Assembly (NCBI GenBank): GCA_048213135.1
Contig: PS015208.1
Span: 67,291-118,532, forward strand
Length of the DNA stretch: 51,242 bases
Direction: 5' to 3'
From: Reclinomonas americana ATCC 50394
Taxonomy: Eukaryota
Shown in pieces: positions 26,123-38,038 of this stretch (positions are counted from its first letter, which is position 1; the number at the start of each line of letters is the position of its first letter). Under the pieces are notes generated by a model. The model had not been told where the DNA came from. It searched no databases and saw nothing but the letters and a program-made list of their open reading frames with translations. The translations under genes and the position numbers were made by a program.

Positions 26123-27754
26123 ATGTCTCTTCGGAGCAGTGCGATTGTGCCGCTCTGCGCACTGCTGCTGGTCATTGTCTGCTGCAGCAGGTGAGCACAA
26201 CTTTGCCCGCGTGTGTGTGTGAATGCGCGCGTGTGCTCACAATGTCGCGCGCGCGTGTGTGTGCACACACAGCGGAGCCCTTGCACAACAGTCGGCCACT
26301 TGTTACAACGAGCTCGATGACTCCTTCCTCAACAAGTGCCGCTACCAGGACCCCGGCTTCTTCACGATTATGGCCTCATACATCATGCAGGTGTGTGCAT
26401 GTGCATTGACAGACAGACATCACAAGCCATGGTGCTCACACTGTGCGTGCATTAGTTCATCAACCCACGAACTGTGGTGATCATCGTAATGGCTCTGATT
26501 ATGGTGCTTCCGGTGCTCATGTTGGTTCCGGCGCACGCGGGAACGGGACCGAGTGGAGCGCCACTGAATACGTTTGGGCGGCTGGAGGCCACGCTGGAGC
26601 AGTATCGCGTCACGCGCTGGAAGCTGTTGCATTTCTTGCACCGTTTGTGCTTCCCGCTGGTGCTCGCGGTGGCGCTGTATGGTGCGTTCCGTCAGTCGCG
26701 CCCGTGCCGGTGTATCATTGGGGGACAGTTGCAGCATGTTGCGTCTGTTTGCACGAAATGCAGGTGTGTTGTGTTGCTGACTGTGTGCTGTGTGTAGATT
26801 GGCAGCATCTACGGCATGCCGTCGGGTGATGCCATGAGTGCAGCGGTGTTTGCGGCCTATTTGTTTGAGGCGGCGCCGTACAGCAAGTGGGGGTGTGTGT
26901 ACTTTGTTGTTTTTCGATTTCATCGCCGCTGACGACAACACCACGCAGATCACGCATCACCGCGGTTCTGGCTCTTGCACTCGTGTGCATGGAGCGCGCT
27001 GTGCTCGGCTACCACTCCATTGCGCAGGTACTGCTTCCCCGTGTGCTTGCTTGTTGTGCCGGCTGTCCAACTCATGTCCACGCACACACAGGTCACGGTT
27101 GGCTCGTGCGTCGGAATTTTGTTGCACATTTACTCGACCCGAGCGCCGCAGTGGATGGTGTTTGTCGACGGCGTGGTTTCTGTTGCGTCTCACGACTCTG
27201 CTCTGTGCGCATGTGTCACGTTGGTGTCCACTCACGTGGCTGGCAGCTCATTCTCGGCTGCGTGCTGCTGCAAGTCGATCCCGCCATGGTGTACACGCAG
27301 GGCTCCTCGAGTTGCGCTCCCCCCGCTCTCTTTCTCTCTCTCGCTACCGTCTCACCTCACAACCAGACAACCTGTTTGCGTGGCTGTGGTGGGGCATCTC
27401 GGTCGAGGCGTTCGCCTGCATCCTGCTAGCACGGCACTACTGGACAAGTGGAGCCCGCTCGCTCAGTCGCAACATGCTGGACGTGTACAAGCCCGACGCC
27501 GAGTATGGCGTGCTTCTCAACCCGCTGGATACCCAGGCCACAACCACGGTAGGTGTCGCGTTTCTCCTCACACTTCACGTACCACGCTGCTGCTAACCAT
27601 GCCCCGTACGTAGTCCGACCCGACGGACAAGCAGACATTCCGACGCATCTCCGACGCCTGGTGGACATTGTTGGCGTTCGGCGTCTTCTCCGCCATCAAC
27701 ATCTTCTCGTGGTGCATCGGCCAGTGGAACATTCTCACCAAGTCCGCCAACTAG
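26123..27754 (+). CDS. PAP2 (phosphatidic acid phosphatase type 2) superfamily membrane protein
   Basis: FRQSRPC, YGMPSGDAMSA and ERAVLGYHSIAQV correspond to PAP2 motifs C1-C3. Multiple transmembrane helices; eight introns. Confidence 0.8.
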
Positions 27755-29378
27755 ATATTTAACATTGATGAATCACGAACAACGTTTTCAGATTTTTTGT
27801 CTTCTCATTCATTAACACGCCAGCACAACATCGTCGTCATCGTCGGGCATCACCATTCCGTGCGAGAGCTCAGCCATTCACAAACAGGCCAGGAGATCTC
27901 TTCTCACACGCTGATGCACACACAAACCACTAAACCACGAAATTATGGCGATTTAAGACGCCAACCACAACAACACACATACAAACGACGACGACGACAA
28001 CAGCGGCCACGGCCAGACCATTGGAAAAAGGATCAGGGGGGTAGGGGGGGAAGAGTNNNNNNNNNNNNNNNNNNNNNNNNNNNNNNNNNNNNNNNNNNNN
28101 NNNNNNNNNNNNNNNNNNNNNNNNNNNNNNNNNNNNNNNNNNNNNNNNNNNNNNNNNNNNNNNNNNNNNNNNNNNNNNNNNNNNNNNNNNNNNNNNNNNN
28201 NNNNNNNNNNNNNNNNNNNNNNNNNNNNNNNNNNNNNNNNNNNNNNNNNNNNNNNNNNNNNNNNNNNNNNNNNNNNNNNNNNNNNNNNNNNNNNNNNNNN
28301 NNNNNNNNNNNNNNNNNNNNNNNNNNNNNNNNNNNNNNNNNNNNNNNNNNNNNNNNNNNNNNNNNNNNNNNNNNNNNNNNNNNNNNNNNNNNNNNNNNNN
28401 NNNNNNNNNNNNNNNNNNNNNNNNNNNNNNNNNNNNNNAGTGTGCGACCGTGCATTTTGTGTTGGCACGGACGCGCGCCTCGATTGTGTTGTTTGTTGTT
28501 GTTGTTTATGGAGGATGGCTGCTTGGTGGCCCCTCTCTTTCTATCTCTCGTGTTATGTGTGTGTGTGTGTGTTGCGCTACCTAATGTTTTTATTCCCCTA
28601 ATGATTCGAGAAGGGAGGCAAGGAAGGAGCTCGCCGTCGGTTAGTGCGAAGCTCCCACTCCTCCCCCTTTCACCTCATGGGTGCGCATGTTAAGTGATCA
28701 CTGGTGTGCAATTTTTGTGTCTTGTTGCACTGGTGGCGACAGAAAAAATCTCTCTGTTTTGGTTCGTGTTATCGTTTCGGCGTAATTCTGTATCCCCCCA
28801 TCTCTATTCTATTTTCGTACCGGCGGCCGCAGTTTGTGTGGCGGCTGCTGAGATTTAGTGTCACACTTGAGTCGCGCGGAGTGGTTTAAGCAGCCATCTC
28901 CTGCGCGACACGCATCATCGTTTCTGCGTTTGTGTGACTCCACACCGCCGGTGCTGGCCGCGTTTGTGGCGGCCTTCATTATCGTCTCCACCGCACAGTT
29001 CTTTTTTCCCTCGTGGCTGTGCGGGTTGTGGAGAGGTTTGAGGCGCGTGTGTTTTGCTTGTATGTTTGTGTGTTTCGCTCTATGTATTCATCCTCGCAAT
29101 ACCTCTTCGTTTTCTTCCTTTTCAATCTTGAGCGAAAAAATNNNNNNNNNNNNNNNNNNNNCCCGTTGCTGGTCTCCAATACTCTCTCACACACAGAAGA
29201 GGGAGGGAGAGAGAGAGACACACACACACACACAGCTCGCCAACGATGAAGGGCGGAAATAGAACACGACCCAAAAGCGGCAACACCAACAACAGCGGAA
29301 GCCACAAAGACACAGGGGAGAAAGCGAGAATCAAACACTGTGTGACACAACACACACGCCCAAGAAGCGCGTACGCGA

Positions 29379-31798
29379 CTACTCCAAGCTGCCATCCGAC
29401 ACCCCAATCTCAAACGCGGGTGACGCAAACAGCACGCGTTGCGTGTGGCCGGGCAGCGCAAAGCTGCACATCAGCTCGGCGCGCGGACACGCCCACTTGC
29501 CCACCAGCGAAAAATCAACCGTGACAATCACGAATCTGTGGGGTGGGAGAAGACGAAGTCAGCGCCACGCGATTGCGTACAGCGCGGTGGGCACGAGTGT
29601 GTGTTTTACGCAACGCTTCGCTGCCGCGGACGAGTCGTGACGCAGAGAATTCGGCATCGACAATGCGCACTCGGCTGGAACCCACAGGACCAGCGAGGCG
29701 AAGCAGACCCTGCATTTCCGCATCCCGCACGCGTCCCTGGCATGGCGGTCCGTACGGCAGTGACGACTCGCGGTACACAATTCTGCGAGTGGATGGCGAT
29801 GATAAGCATGCAAGCACTCGGGTGAACAAACAAACCATGGCAGAACGAAACTTGAGACCCACACGCTGGGAGCGCACGGCGGCGCTGGTCATGGCAGCAG
29901 AGGCGCCAACCATACGCATCATTCCATTGGTGTAGTCTACGGCGCGGCTGTTGCCCGCCTTAATGCGGCTCCACAGCACCGCCACTTCCGACTGCATGGC
30001 GCCCGCCTCAAATCGCATAGCCTGCTCCTCGTCCGCATAGCGCAACACATCCGGAGCCGAGGACGCAGGGCGCTTCAACCCGCGCTTTCCACTCCTCGCT
30101 GCTGCTGCCACACCGTTCATGCCACTGTAGCCACTCATCGGCGACACACTCTCCAACGGAGACGCGCTCGACATTGGTGAAGCGGTTCCCATTGGCGACG
30201 CAGTTCCCATGGGCGACAGCGACGGCGTCAGCGATGAAGGTGGTTGCGAAAGACCGCCAAACGGAGACGCCGACGACGCTGACGCTGCATGCACCGCCGT
30301 GTACGGCGACGTCTCGACTTGCAAGCCGGCCGTCGCTGGTGACGATGAAAGCATGGAAGCGGTGGTGGTCGTCATGGTCGTCGTCGTCATTGCGGGCGAC
30401 GGCGCCGGTGACACTGCAGCACTCGGGAGCACGCCATTGGCGGCAAGTGCGGCGGCCAGGGCCAGCTGCTGCTCGCGGCTCATGGAGCGCACCAGGCTCA
30501 ACGGGTCTGCCATCATCGATGCTGACGACATACTCGGTGCAGCTGGCACAACTGGCGCGGATGGCACAATCGGCATCAGAAGCTGCTGTTGCGGCTGCGG
30601 AGCGTGGTAGAGTGGCTGCTGCTGCTGCTGCTGCGGCTTGGGCTGAAGAGGCGCAAACTGCAGGGCGGTTGATCACAAATGAGCATTTCATCAGCACCTC
30701 AGCGGAACAACAACAGCACAGCACTCACCGCAGACGACAGCGCAGGGACCACGGGGAAAGCAGAGGATGGCGGCGGTGTCGGCGGGGGCGGCATGGCGTG
30801 GTGCACCGGCTGCTGCTGCTGCAATGCCCGAGCCTGAGAGCACACACACATTTTACACAACACAATGAGAATCTCATATTGAACTCCCCTCGTTGATGAA
30901 CCGTCACCACCCCCCACAGCGGCTACAGATGCACACACATACGGGCAGACAGACAGAGAGAGAGAGCACGTGCCAACGACATGGCCAGTAACTGACGCTT
31001 GCACACACACACATGAGAAACCAAACAGTGCGCAGCGACATGACACAAGCCGGAGACACGCGCACGCGCAAGTGAGCAGTCACAGAAGAAAGCAAGCAAG
31101 CAAGAGAAGGGCGAGGAAAGTGAGCAAAAGTGCATATGCAACATGCCTCAGCAACTGACGCGACGAGACACACAAACAGCCTCACAAAGAGAGCACACAC
31201 ATTCAACACAAGAGCGTGCACGTGCGTGTGTGTGTGTGCTGCTGCTGCGGTGGCCANNNNNNNNNNNNNNNNNNNNTGTCCCGATCAAACTCACCAACAA
31301 ACTCGCCGTGCTGAACTGCTGCTGCTGCGGAGGTGGCGGCGGCGACATCATCAAGTGCGCTGGCGGTGGTGGCGGAGGTGGTGGCGGAGGCGGTGGTGGT
31401 GGTGGCGCCATCATCTCCAGCGACACAAACGACGAGGGCGGAAGCTCAAGATTTTGTGGTGGGTGCGGAAATGGCTGCTGCTGCGGAGGTTGAGGAGATG
31501 GCGCCCACGCGCTCGACGCCCACGCTGACGACGATGATGAATAGGAGGATGCAGGCTGCGGGGAGTAGCATGGCGAGCATGATGGCTGGAGGAACAGAGC
31601 GTGGCTNNNNNNNNNNNNNNNNNNNNNNNNNNNNNNNNNNNNNNNNNNNNNGCTGCTGCTGCTGTGGTGCTGGTGGTGGTGGTGGTGGTGGTGCGATGGT
31701 GGAGTCATGAGCGACTCGCGAGGCGAGCTGGGCTCAAACCATTCCGGGGGCACATGCAGCTCCTCGTGGGTGGCGGAGGAGCCGGTGCTCTCGGTCAT
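29379..31798 (-). CDS. Low-complexity (His/Pro/Gln/Ser-rich) protein with a basic NLS-like patch and a beta-rich C-terminal domain; putative regulator
   Basis: Spliced frames through MTESTGSS..., KRGLKRP, VGLK|IVYRESSLPYG...GSEA|FVIVTVDFSLVGKW...LFASPAFEIGVSDGSLE-stop. The 5' end is uncertain. Confidence 0.55.
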
Positions 31799-32721
31799 AA
31801 GCAATAAAGGGGAGTCTCGATCACAACCTCCGAAGAACAAGGCCATGCGAGGACTCAAAACAAGGTTAAAAAGGGGTTGGGGGACAAAGTATTATTTCTT
31901 TTGGGACCGGCATTTTTTCTTTTGGCCTGGCATTATAACTTTTCGGCCCCTGCTGCCCAAGCGACCGCTACACTCGTCCGCATGCGTCTGCCACCAGCGT
32001 AGGCTGGTTTCGCGACACGAATTTCACATTGCGACGTCGACGTCGTATAGATCCAATCATAGATCCGGCTGCATCCCTCGATCCTGAATCCCTCACGCAT
32101 GTTCATTCATTAACACGCGGGAGGAAGAGAAGAAAACAATGCAAGCGGAAGACCCATCTCTCTGATCATCCTCGCAAAACACACACACACACAGGCACCC
32201 CAATCGAATCATCACATCACAACAACTATTAAAAAAACACGCTGGACAGCAGAGAGGCAGAACCACACGCCACTTGCTCATCATGACACACAGACTCTGT
32301 TGCAACAGAGCGCGCGCACGACAAAGCATAAAGGAGTGTGATGTGTGTGACAGGCCATATTCGGTCCCTCGTCTGCCGCCAACAACAACAACAATGATGA
32401 TCCACAAGGAGTGTGCGGGTGAGCAAGAAAGAGAAAGAGAGAGAGAGTCAACACCGCCCACTGCCACTCACATGCGGGGAGAAAAAGCGTCCCCACCACA
32501 CACACAACAAAAAAACACACATAATTTTTCAAAAACTCAACACACACAAAGTACAAACACACACACACAGAGATGGAGAGGGAGAAAGAGCGAGGAGGGA
32601 CTTGGGGGCCGCTCGCGAATCATCACAAGGCGNNNNNNNNNNNNNNNNNNNNNNNNNNNNNNNNNNNNNNNNNNNNNNNNNNNNNNNNNNNNNNNNNNNN
32701 NNNNNNNNNNNNNNNNNNNNN

Positions 32722-33047
32722 CACAAGTCGGCCTGACGAGTGAGCCGTCGTTGGACGAGCCGTTCCCGACGTTGCAAGGCGAACTTGAGTGCTTGTTCCA
32801 CTGCTTCTGGTTGCTCCTCCACACCGACATAGACACGACGCGCAGAGAAGGCCGCACTGGCTCCAAACGCAGACCCCGACGCTGACGACATTACAACAGT
32901 GGTCGTCGTTGTTGTTGTTGTTGTTGAGGAGGAGGAGCCACTGCCACCGGCTGTGGCGGCGACAGTGGAGGCGTCGCTACCAGGCACACTGCTGGCATAT
33001 GACGAGACTTCGAGAACGGTGGAGCGGGCGCGCAAGGTGGTGGCCAT
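32722..33047 (-). CDS. Coding-like exon (MATTLRARS...EQALKFALQRRERLVQRRL); possibly the first exon of the 29379-31798 gene
   Basis: ATG-initiated, GC3-rich open frame running into an N gap. Confidence 0.4.
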
Positions 33048-34670
33048 GTTGTGATGGGAGCGATGGGGCTGTGTCGCACAAAAAAAAAGATCAACACACG
33101 CGAATACTAACGTCTCAGTGACAGCGTGTGCAAGTGGAACACACACAAACAGGGAAAAGAATAACACGTGAAGTGCAGGCAAAAGTGAATTGACTGAGTG
33201 AAATGCAGAGAGCGCGCGCACCGCAGAGAGGCAGTTGGACATCTTTGTGTGTGAGAGATGTCACGCCCCACCTCTCAACTCCACACTGCGTCGCGCTCAC
33301 ACATGCACAGAGACACACACCACAACGCATACCCCGCTCTCATTTCGCGTCTTCCCATCACCACTCACCAAAGAAAAATCAATCACACAATAATTGGTCT
33401 GGGGTAATGGAGACAGAGAGAAAGGGGGTATGATAGAGAACAATCACACACACACACACACAGAGAATACACAAAGGAGGAGAAGAGAGAATGGGAGAGA
33501 GAGGAGCACGCGTTTCGTTCGCACGCGGCGATTTGATTGAATGGTTTGAGTGCGGGACGCCGGTATAAGAATAGCCNNNNNNNNNNNNNNNNNNNNNNNN
33601 NNNNNNNNNNNNNNNNNNNNNNNNNNNNNNNNNNNNNNNNNNNNNNNNNNNNNNNNNNNNNNNNNNNNNNNNNNNNNNNNNNNNNNNNNNNNNNNNNNNN
33701 NNNNNNNNNNNNNNNNNNNNNNNNNNNNNNNNNNNNNNNNNNNNNNNNNNNNNNNNNNNNNNNNNNNNNNNNNNNNNNNNNNNNNNNNNNNNNNNNNNNN
33801 NNNNNNNNNNNNNNNNNNNNNNNNNNNNNNNNNNNNNNNNNNNNNNNNNNNNNNNNNNNNNNNNNNNNNNNNNNNNNNNNNNNNNNNNNNNNNNNNNNNN
33901 NNNNNNNNNNNNNNNNNNNNNNNNNNNNNNNNNNNNNNNNNNNNNNNNNNNNNNNNNNNNNNNNNNNNNNNNNNNNNNNNNNNNNNNNNNNNNNNNNNNN
34001 NNNNNNNNNNNNNNNNNNNNNNNNNNNNNNNNNNNNNNNNNNNNNNNNNNNNNNNNNNNNNNNNNNNNNNNNNNNNNNNNNNNNNNNNNNNNNNNNNNNN
34101 NNNNNNNNNNNNNNNNNNNNNNNNNNNNNNNNNNNNNNNNNNNNNNNNNNNNNNNNNNNNNNNNNNNNNNNNNNNNNNNNNNNNNNNNNNNNNNNNNNNN
34201 NNNNNNNNNNNNNNNNNNNNNNNNNNNNNNNNNNNNNNNNNNNNNNNNNNNNNNNNNNNNNNNNNNNNNNNNNNNNNNNNNNNNNNNNNNNNNNNNNNNN
34301 NNNNNNNNNNNNNNNNNNNNNNNNNNNNNNNNNNNNNNNNNNNNNNNNNNNNNNNNNNNNNNNNNNNNNNNNNNNNNNNNNNNNNNNNNNNNNNNNNNNN
34401 NNNNNNNNNNNNNNNNNNNNNNNNNNNNNNNNNNNNNNNNNNNNNNNNNNNNNNNNNNNNNNNNNNNNNNNNNNNNNNNNNNNNNNNNNNNNNTACGACG
34501 TCGATTGGCCCGTGTCGTCATCTTCGGCCGTTGCACGACGATAGTGCATACGCAACAGTAGTTCATTATGTTGCAGAGTTGCGGCAGTGAAAAGAATTCA
34601 CCGCGAGGTCGAATCACAAAATGTCCTGCAGCTGACTTCGACTTTGATCGCACCTCGGAGACAGCGCCAA

Positions 34671-37600
34671 ATGCTGAGCAGCGTTCTGCGATGGAGCGCA
34701 CAACAGCTCTCCACGCCATCCTCGACGTCGAAAGCATCGTCAGCGATGATGACGACACTGATGACGCAACCACTTCGATGGCATCTCTCTCGGCGAGGAT
34801 TCATCGAAATGAGAACCACACTGCCCGACAACCCCGGTAGGAGCAGCAGGCACCTTACTCACACACAGACACATTCTCTTCTCTCACACACGCACACACA
34901 TGCACGCAGGCGATGCACTGAAAAAATACGGCAAGGATCTGACCGAAGTTGCATACTTCTCTCTCTCTCTTCCCCCACCTTCTCTCTCCCGCCACTCACA
35001 CCTCCACTCACTCAGTTGGCGGAGAACGGCAAACTCGATCCGGTGGTTGGTCGCGACGAAGAGATTCGCCGCACTCTGCAGGTGCTCGCCCGTCGCACCA
35101 AGAACAACCCGGTTCTCATCGGGGAGCCGGGCGTGGGCAAGACGGCGATCATCGAGGGCCTCGCGCAGCGCATTGTCAAGGGCGAGGTACCGGACAGCAT
35201 TAAGAACCGGCGAGTGATTGCGCTGGATTTGGGCTCGTTGGTCGCCGGCGCCAGCTACCGCGGAGAGTTTGAGCAGCGACTCAAGTCGGTGCTGCGCGAT
35301 GTGCAGCAGGCCGAGGGCAAGATGCTGCTGTTCATCGACGAGTTGCACACGCTTGTGGGCGCTGGAGTGCGTTGCTGCCGAGTTGTCGCGATTGGTTCCG
35401 GTGAGGGAAACTGACTGTGCATGCAGGCTGCTGAAGGATCAATGGATGCGTCAAACATGCTAAAGCCGGCACTGGCACGTGGCGACTTGCACTGCATCGG
35501 TGCGACGACGCTCAACGAGTATCGCAAGGTTCGACCGTTCGCGGTGTGTCAAGGGTGGAACCTGTCTCCTAACGACCACCACGCACACAGTACATTGAGA
35601 AAGATGCCGCGCTGGCGCGGCGATTCCAGACCGTGTTCGTGCCAGAGCCGTCGGTGGAGGCCACTATTAGCATCTTGCGTGGATGTTGCGCCTCTTTCCT
35701 CTGCGCCTTCGTCACAACTTCTGCCATCCCGAAGTGACGATGCTCGTGTGCAGTGAAGGAGCGCTACGAAGTGCACCATGGCGTGCGAATCGCCGATGGA
35801 GCACTGGTGGCCGCCGCTGTGCATTCGCACAAGTACCTGTCGGAGCGCAAGTTGCCTGACAAGGCCATTGACTTGGTGGACGAGGCAGCCAGTCGCCTGC
35901 GTCTGCAGTTACGTGGATCTTTATCATCGATCATGCTCGCTCTCCCTCACTCCACACACACACACCCCAGGCAAGAGAGCAAGCCAGAGGACATTGATCA
36001 GCTGGATCAGGCCATCATCACGCTGAAGATTGAGCGCGAGGCGCTGAAGAAGGAGAGTGATCGAGCGTCGCTGGAGCGTCGCGAGCGTGTCAATTCCGAA
36101 CTGCGCCAGAAGCAAAACGAAATGGACCGCCTCATGAAAGTGTGGCAGGAGGAGAAGTTGCGTGGAGAGATCCTCGTCGCTTCTTGTTGTTCTATCCCTG
36201 TTCTCACGCATATGCACAGGAAGCGCATCAACGAACTGAAGGAGTCCAAGGCGGCACTGGAACGCGCCAAGGCCGAACTGGAACGAGTGCAACGCACCGG
36301 CAACTGGCAGCGAGCCGGCGAGCTCAAGTACTCCGAGATTCCCAAGCTGGAGCAGGCGCTGAAGCATGAGTTGCGTGCGAATCAACTACACGAGGAGCAT
36401 GTTTCTCTGTGGTCTCACAGGATTCGCAGAGAATCGGATGAGCTCCGCATGCTGAGCGACGTGGTGACGGAAAAGGACGTGCTGCGCGTGATTGGCAAGG
36501 CCACGGGCATTCCAGTCGAGGTGTGTGCGAGAGAGACGGCCGGCCATGTCAACCGTTTCCTTTCTCGTCGCTTATCAAAATGCACGGTGACGCACAGAAT
36601 TTGATGATGGGCGAGAAGGAGCGCTTGTTGCAAATGGAAAGCATGCTCAGCAAGCGCGTCGTGGGGCAAGACGAGGCCATCAAGGCGATCAGGTGAGGCT
36701 CACTACCGAATTGTTATTTATTGCGTCTCCAGTTTTTTTCTGTGGTCTCATCGCCGTCGTCCCAGCAATGCAATTCGCGTTTCGCGTGCCGGTTTGCATG
36801 CGCACAATCGCCCGCTGGGCTCCTTCTTGTTCCTCGGCCCAACGGGTGTCGGCAAGACCGAATTGTGCAAGGCGCTGGCGCAGTTCCTCTTCAACGACGA
36901 CAACGCCATGGTCCGCATCGACATGAGCGAGTACATGGAGCGCTTCTCCGTGTCGCGCCTTGTCGGTGCACCACCGGTGCGCAATGTGTTTGCGCAGTGC
37001 GTCAGCAGTGGATTGTCGTCACTCACACGCCAACAAAACTTGCAGGGCTACGTCGGCTACGAGGAGGGTGGCACACTGACCGAGGCAGTGCGTCGCCGAC
37101 CGTACCAACTGGTGCTGTTTGACGAGTTCGAAAAGGCGCACCGCGAGGTCTCCAACATTCTGCTGCAAGTCATGGACGAAGGCCACTTGACCGACAGTCA
37201 GGGCCGGCGAGTCGACTTCAAGAACACCCTCATCATTCTCACCAGCAACATTGGCGCACAGTCGCTAACTCCCGACTTGTCGGTACGCATTCTTCTTCTT
37301 CTTTCGCTAAGTTCACTGGCACTGACTGAACGGTGTTGTGGCGATCGATGACAGGATGCGGAAGTAAAGTCGACGCTGATGGATGCCGCGCGCAACTTCA
37401 TGGCCCCCGAATTCTTCAACCGTCTCGACGAAGTGGTCGTCTTCAATCGCCTAAAGTTCGAGCACATGGATCGCATCATCGACGTTCAAATGCGCAGTTG
37501 CGATACTCACTGTGGCCGATGCTGGGCATGTTTACTGATGGAGACCGTGCGTGAACAGATATTCGCGGAATGCTGGCTGATCGACACATTGACGTGGAGC

Positions 37601-37976
37601 TGGACAAGCCCGCTCGCGAATTCCTGGCTCGCGTTGGCTTTGAGCCAGCATATGGCGCCCGGCCACTGAAGCGCGCCATTCAGGTACACACTGCTGCTGT
37701 GGAAGTTGACCTTGGTCGGTCTTGTCTCTCGCTCACACGCCGCCGTCGCTGTGACACCAGGAACACCTGCTGAATCCGCTCGCGGCTCGCCTGCTGCAAG
37801 GCGATGTGCTGGAGAACGATCTGGTGCGCGTCCTGGTGGACCCTGTTGACCGCAAGCAGCTGACGTTTGAGATTGAGCACCGCGGTGAGCCTGCCGGCAA
37901 GGCCGACGGCAAGTCCGCGTCGAGCTCGTCCACCAAATCGAATGGCTCCGTCCAGGAGGCCGAGATCGTGTCTTGA
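34671..37976 (+). CDS. clpB: ClpB/Hsp100 disaggregase, mitochondrial Hsp78-like
   Basis: Walker A motifs GEPGVGKT and [15 protein letters not shown], middle coiled coil, [30 protein letters not shown] and YGARPLKR. It lacks the N-domain and begins with an Arg/Ser/Thr-rich presequence. Fourteen introns. Confidence 0.96.
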
Positions 37977-38038
37977 TCGGCATCGACACCCGCAACACGC
38001 ATAGAATGAGAAAACCATCGTCGTGAATGACAATGCAC

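Noticed and set aside
28690-28740. AATTTTTGTG, like an Sm site, suggesting an snRNA gene that might explain the shifted donors
   Set aside because: No U1 5' end, U5 loop or other snRNA hallmark is recognisable nearby, and T-rich tracts are common here.
29700-29790. Minus-strand frame CTASRHCRTDRHARDACGMRKCRVC resembling the second zinc finger of nuclear receptors
   Set aside because: Another frame (IVYRESSLPYG...) fits the flanking splice sites and codon bias and continues in frame. No first finger is present.
33379-34773. Long ORFs spanning N runs (also near 0.5, 5.6-6.7, 20.4, 28 and 46.3 kb)
   Set aside because: Artefacts of translating assembly gaps.
35900-36425. Reading the shifted donors as non-GT (TT...) introns
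   Set aside because: Junctions such as ggat|GTTGCG...CAG|tg and aaat|GTTACG...CAG|at only restore conserved codons with GT-AG ends.
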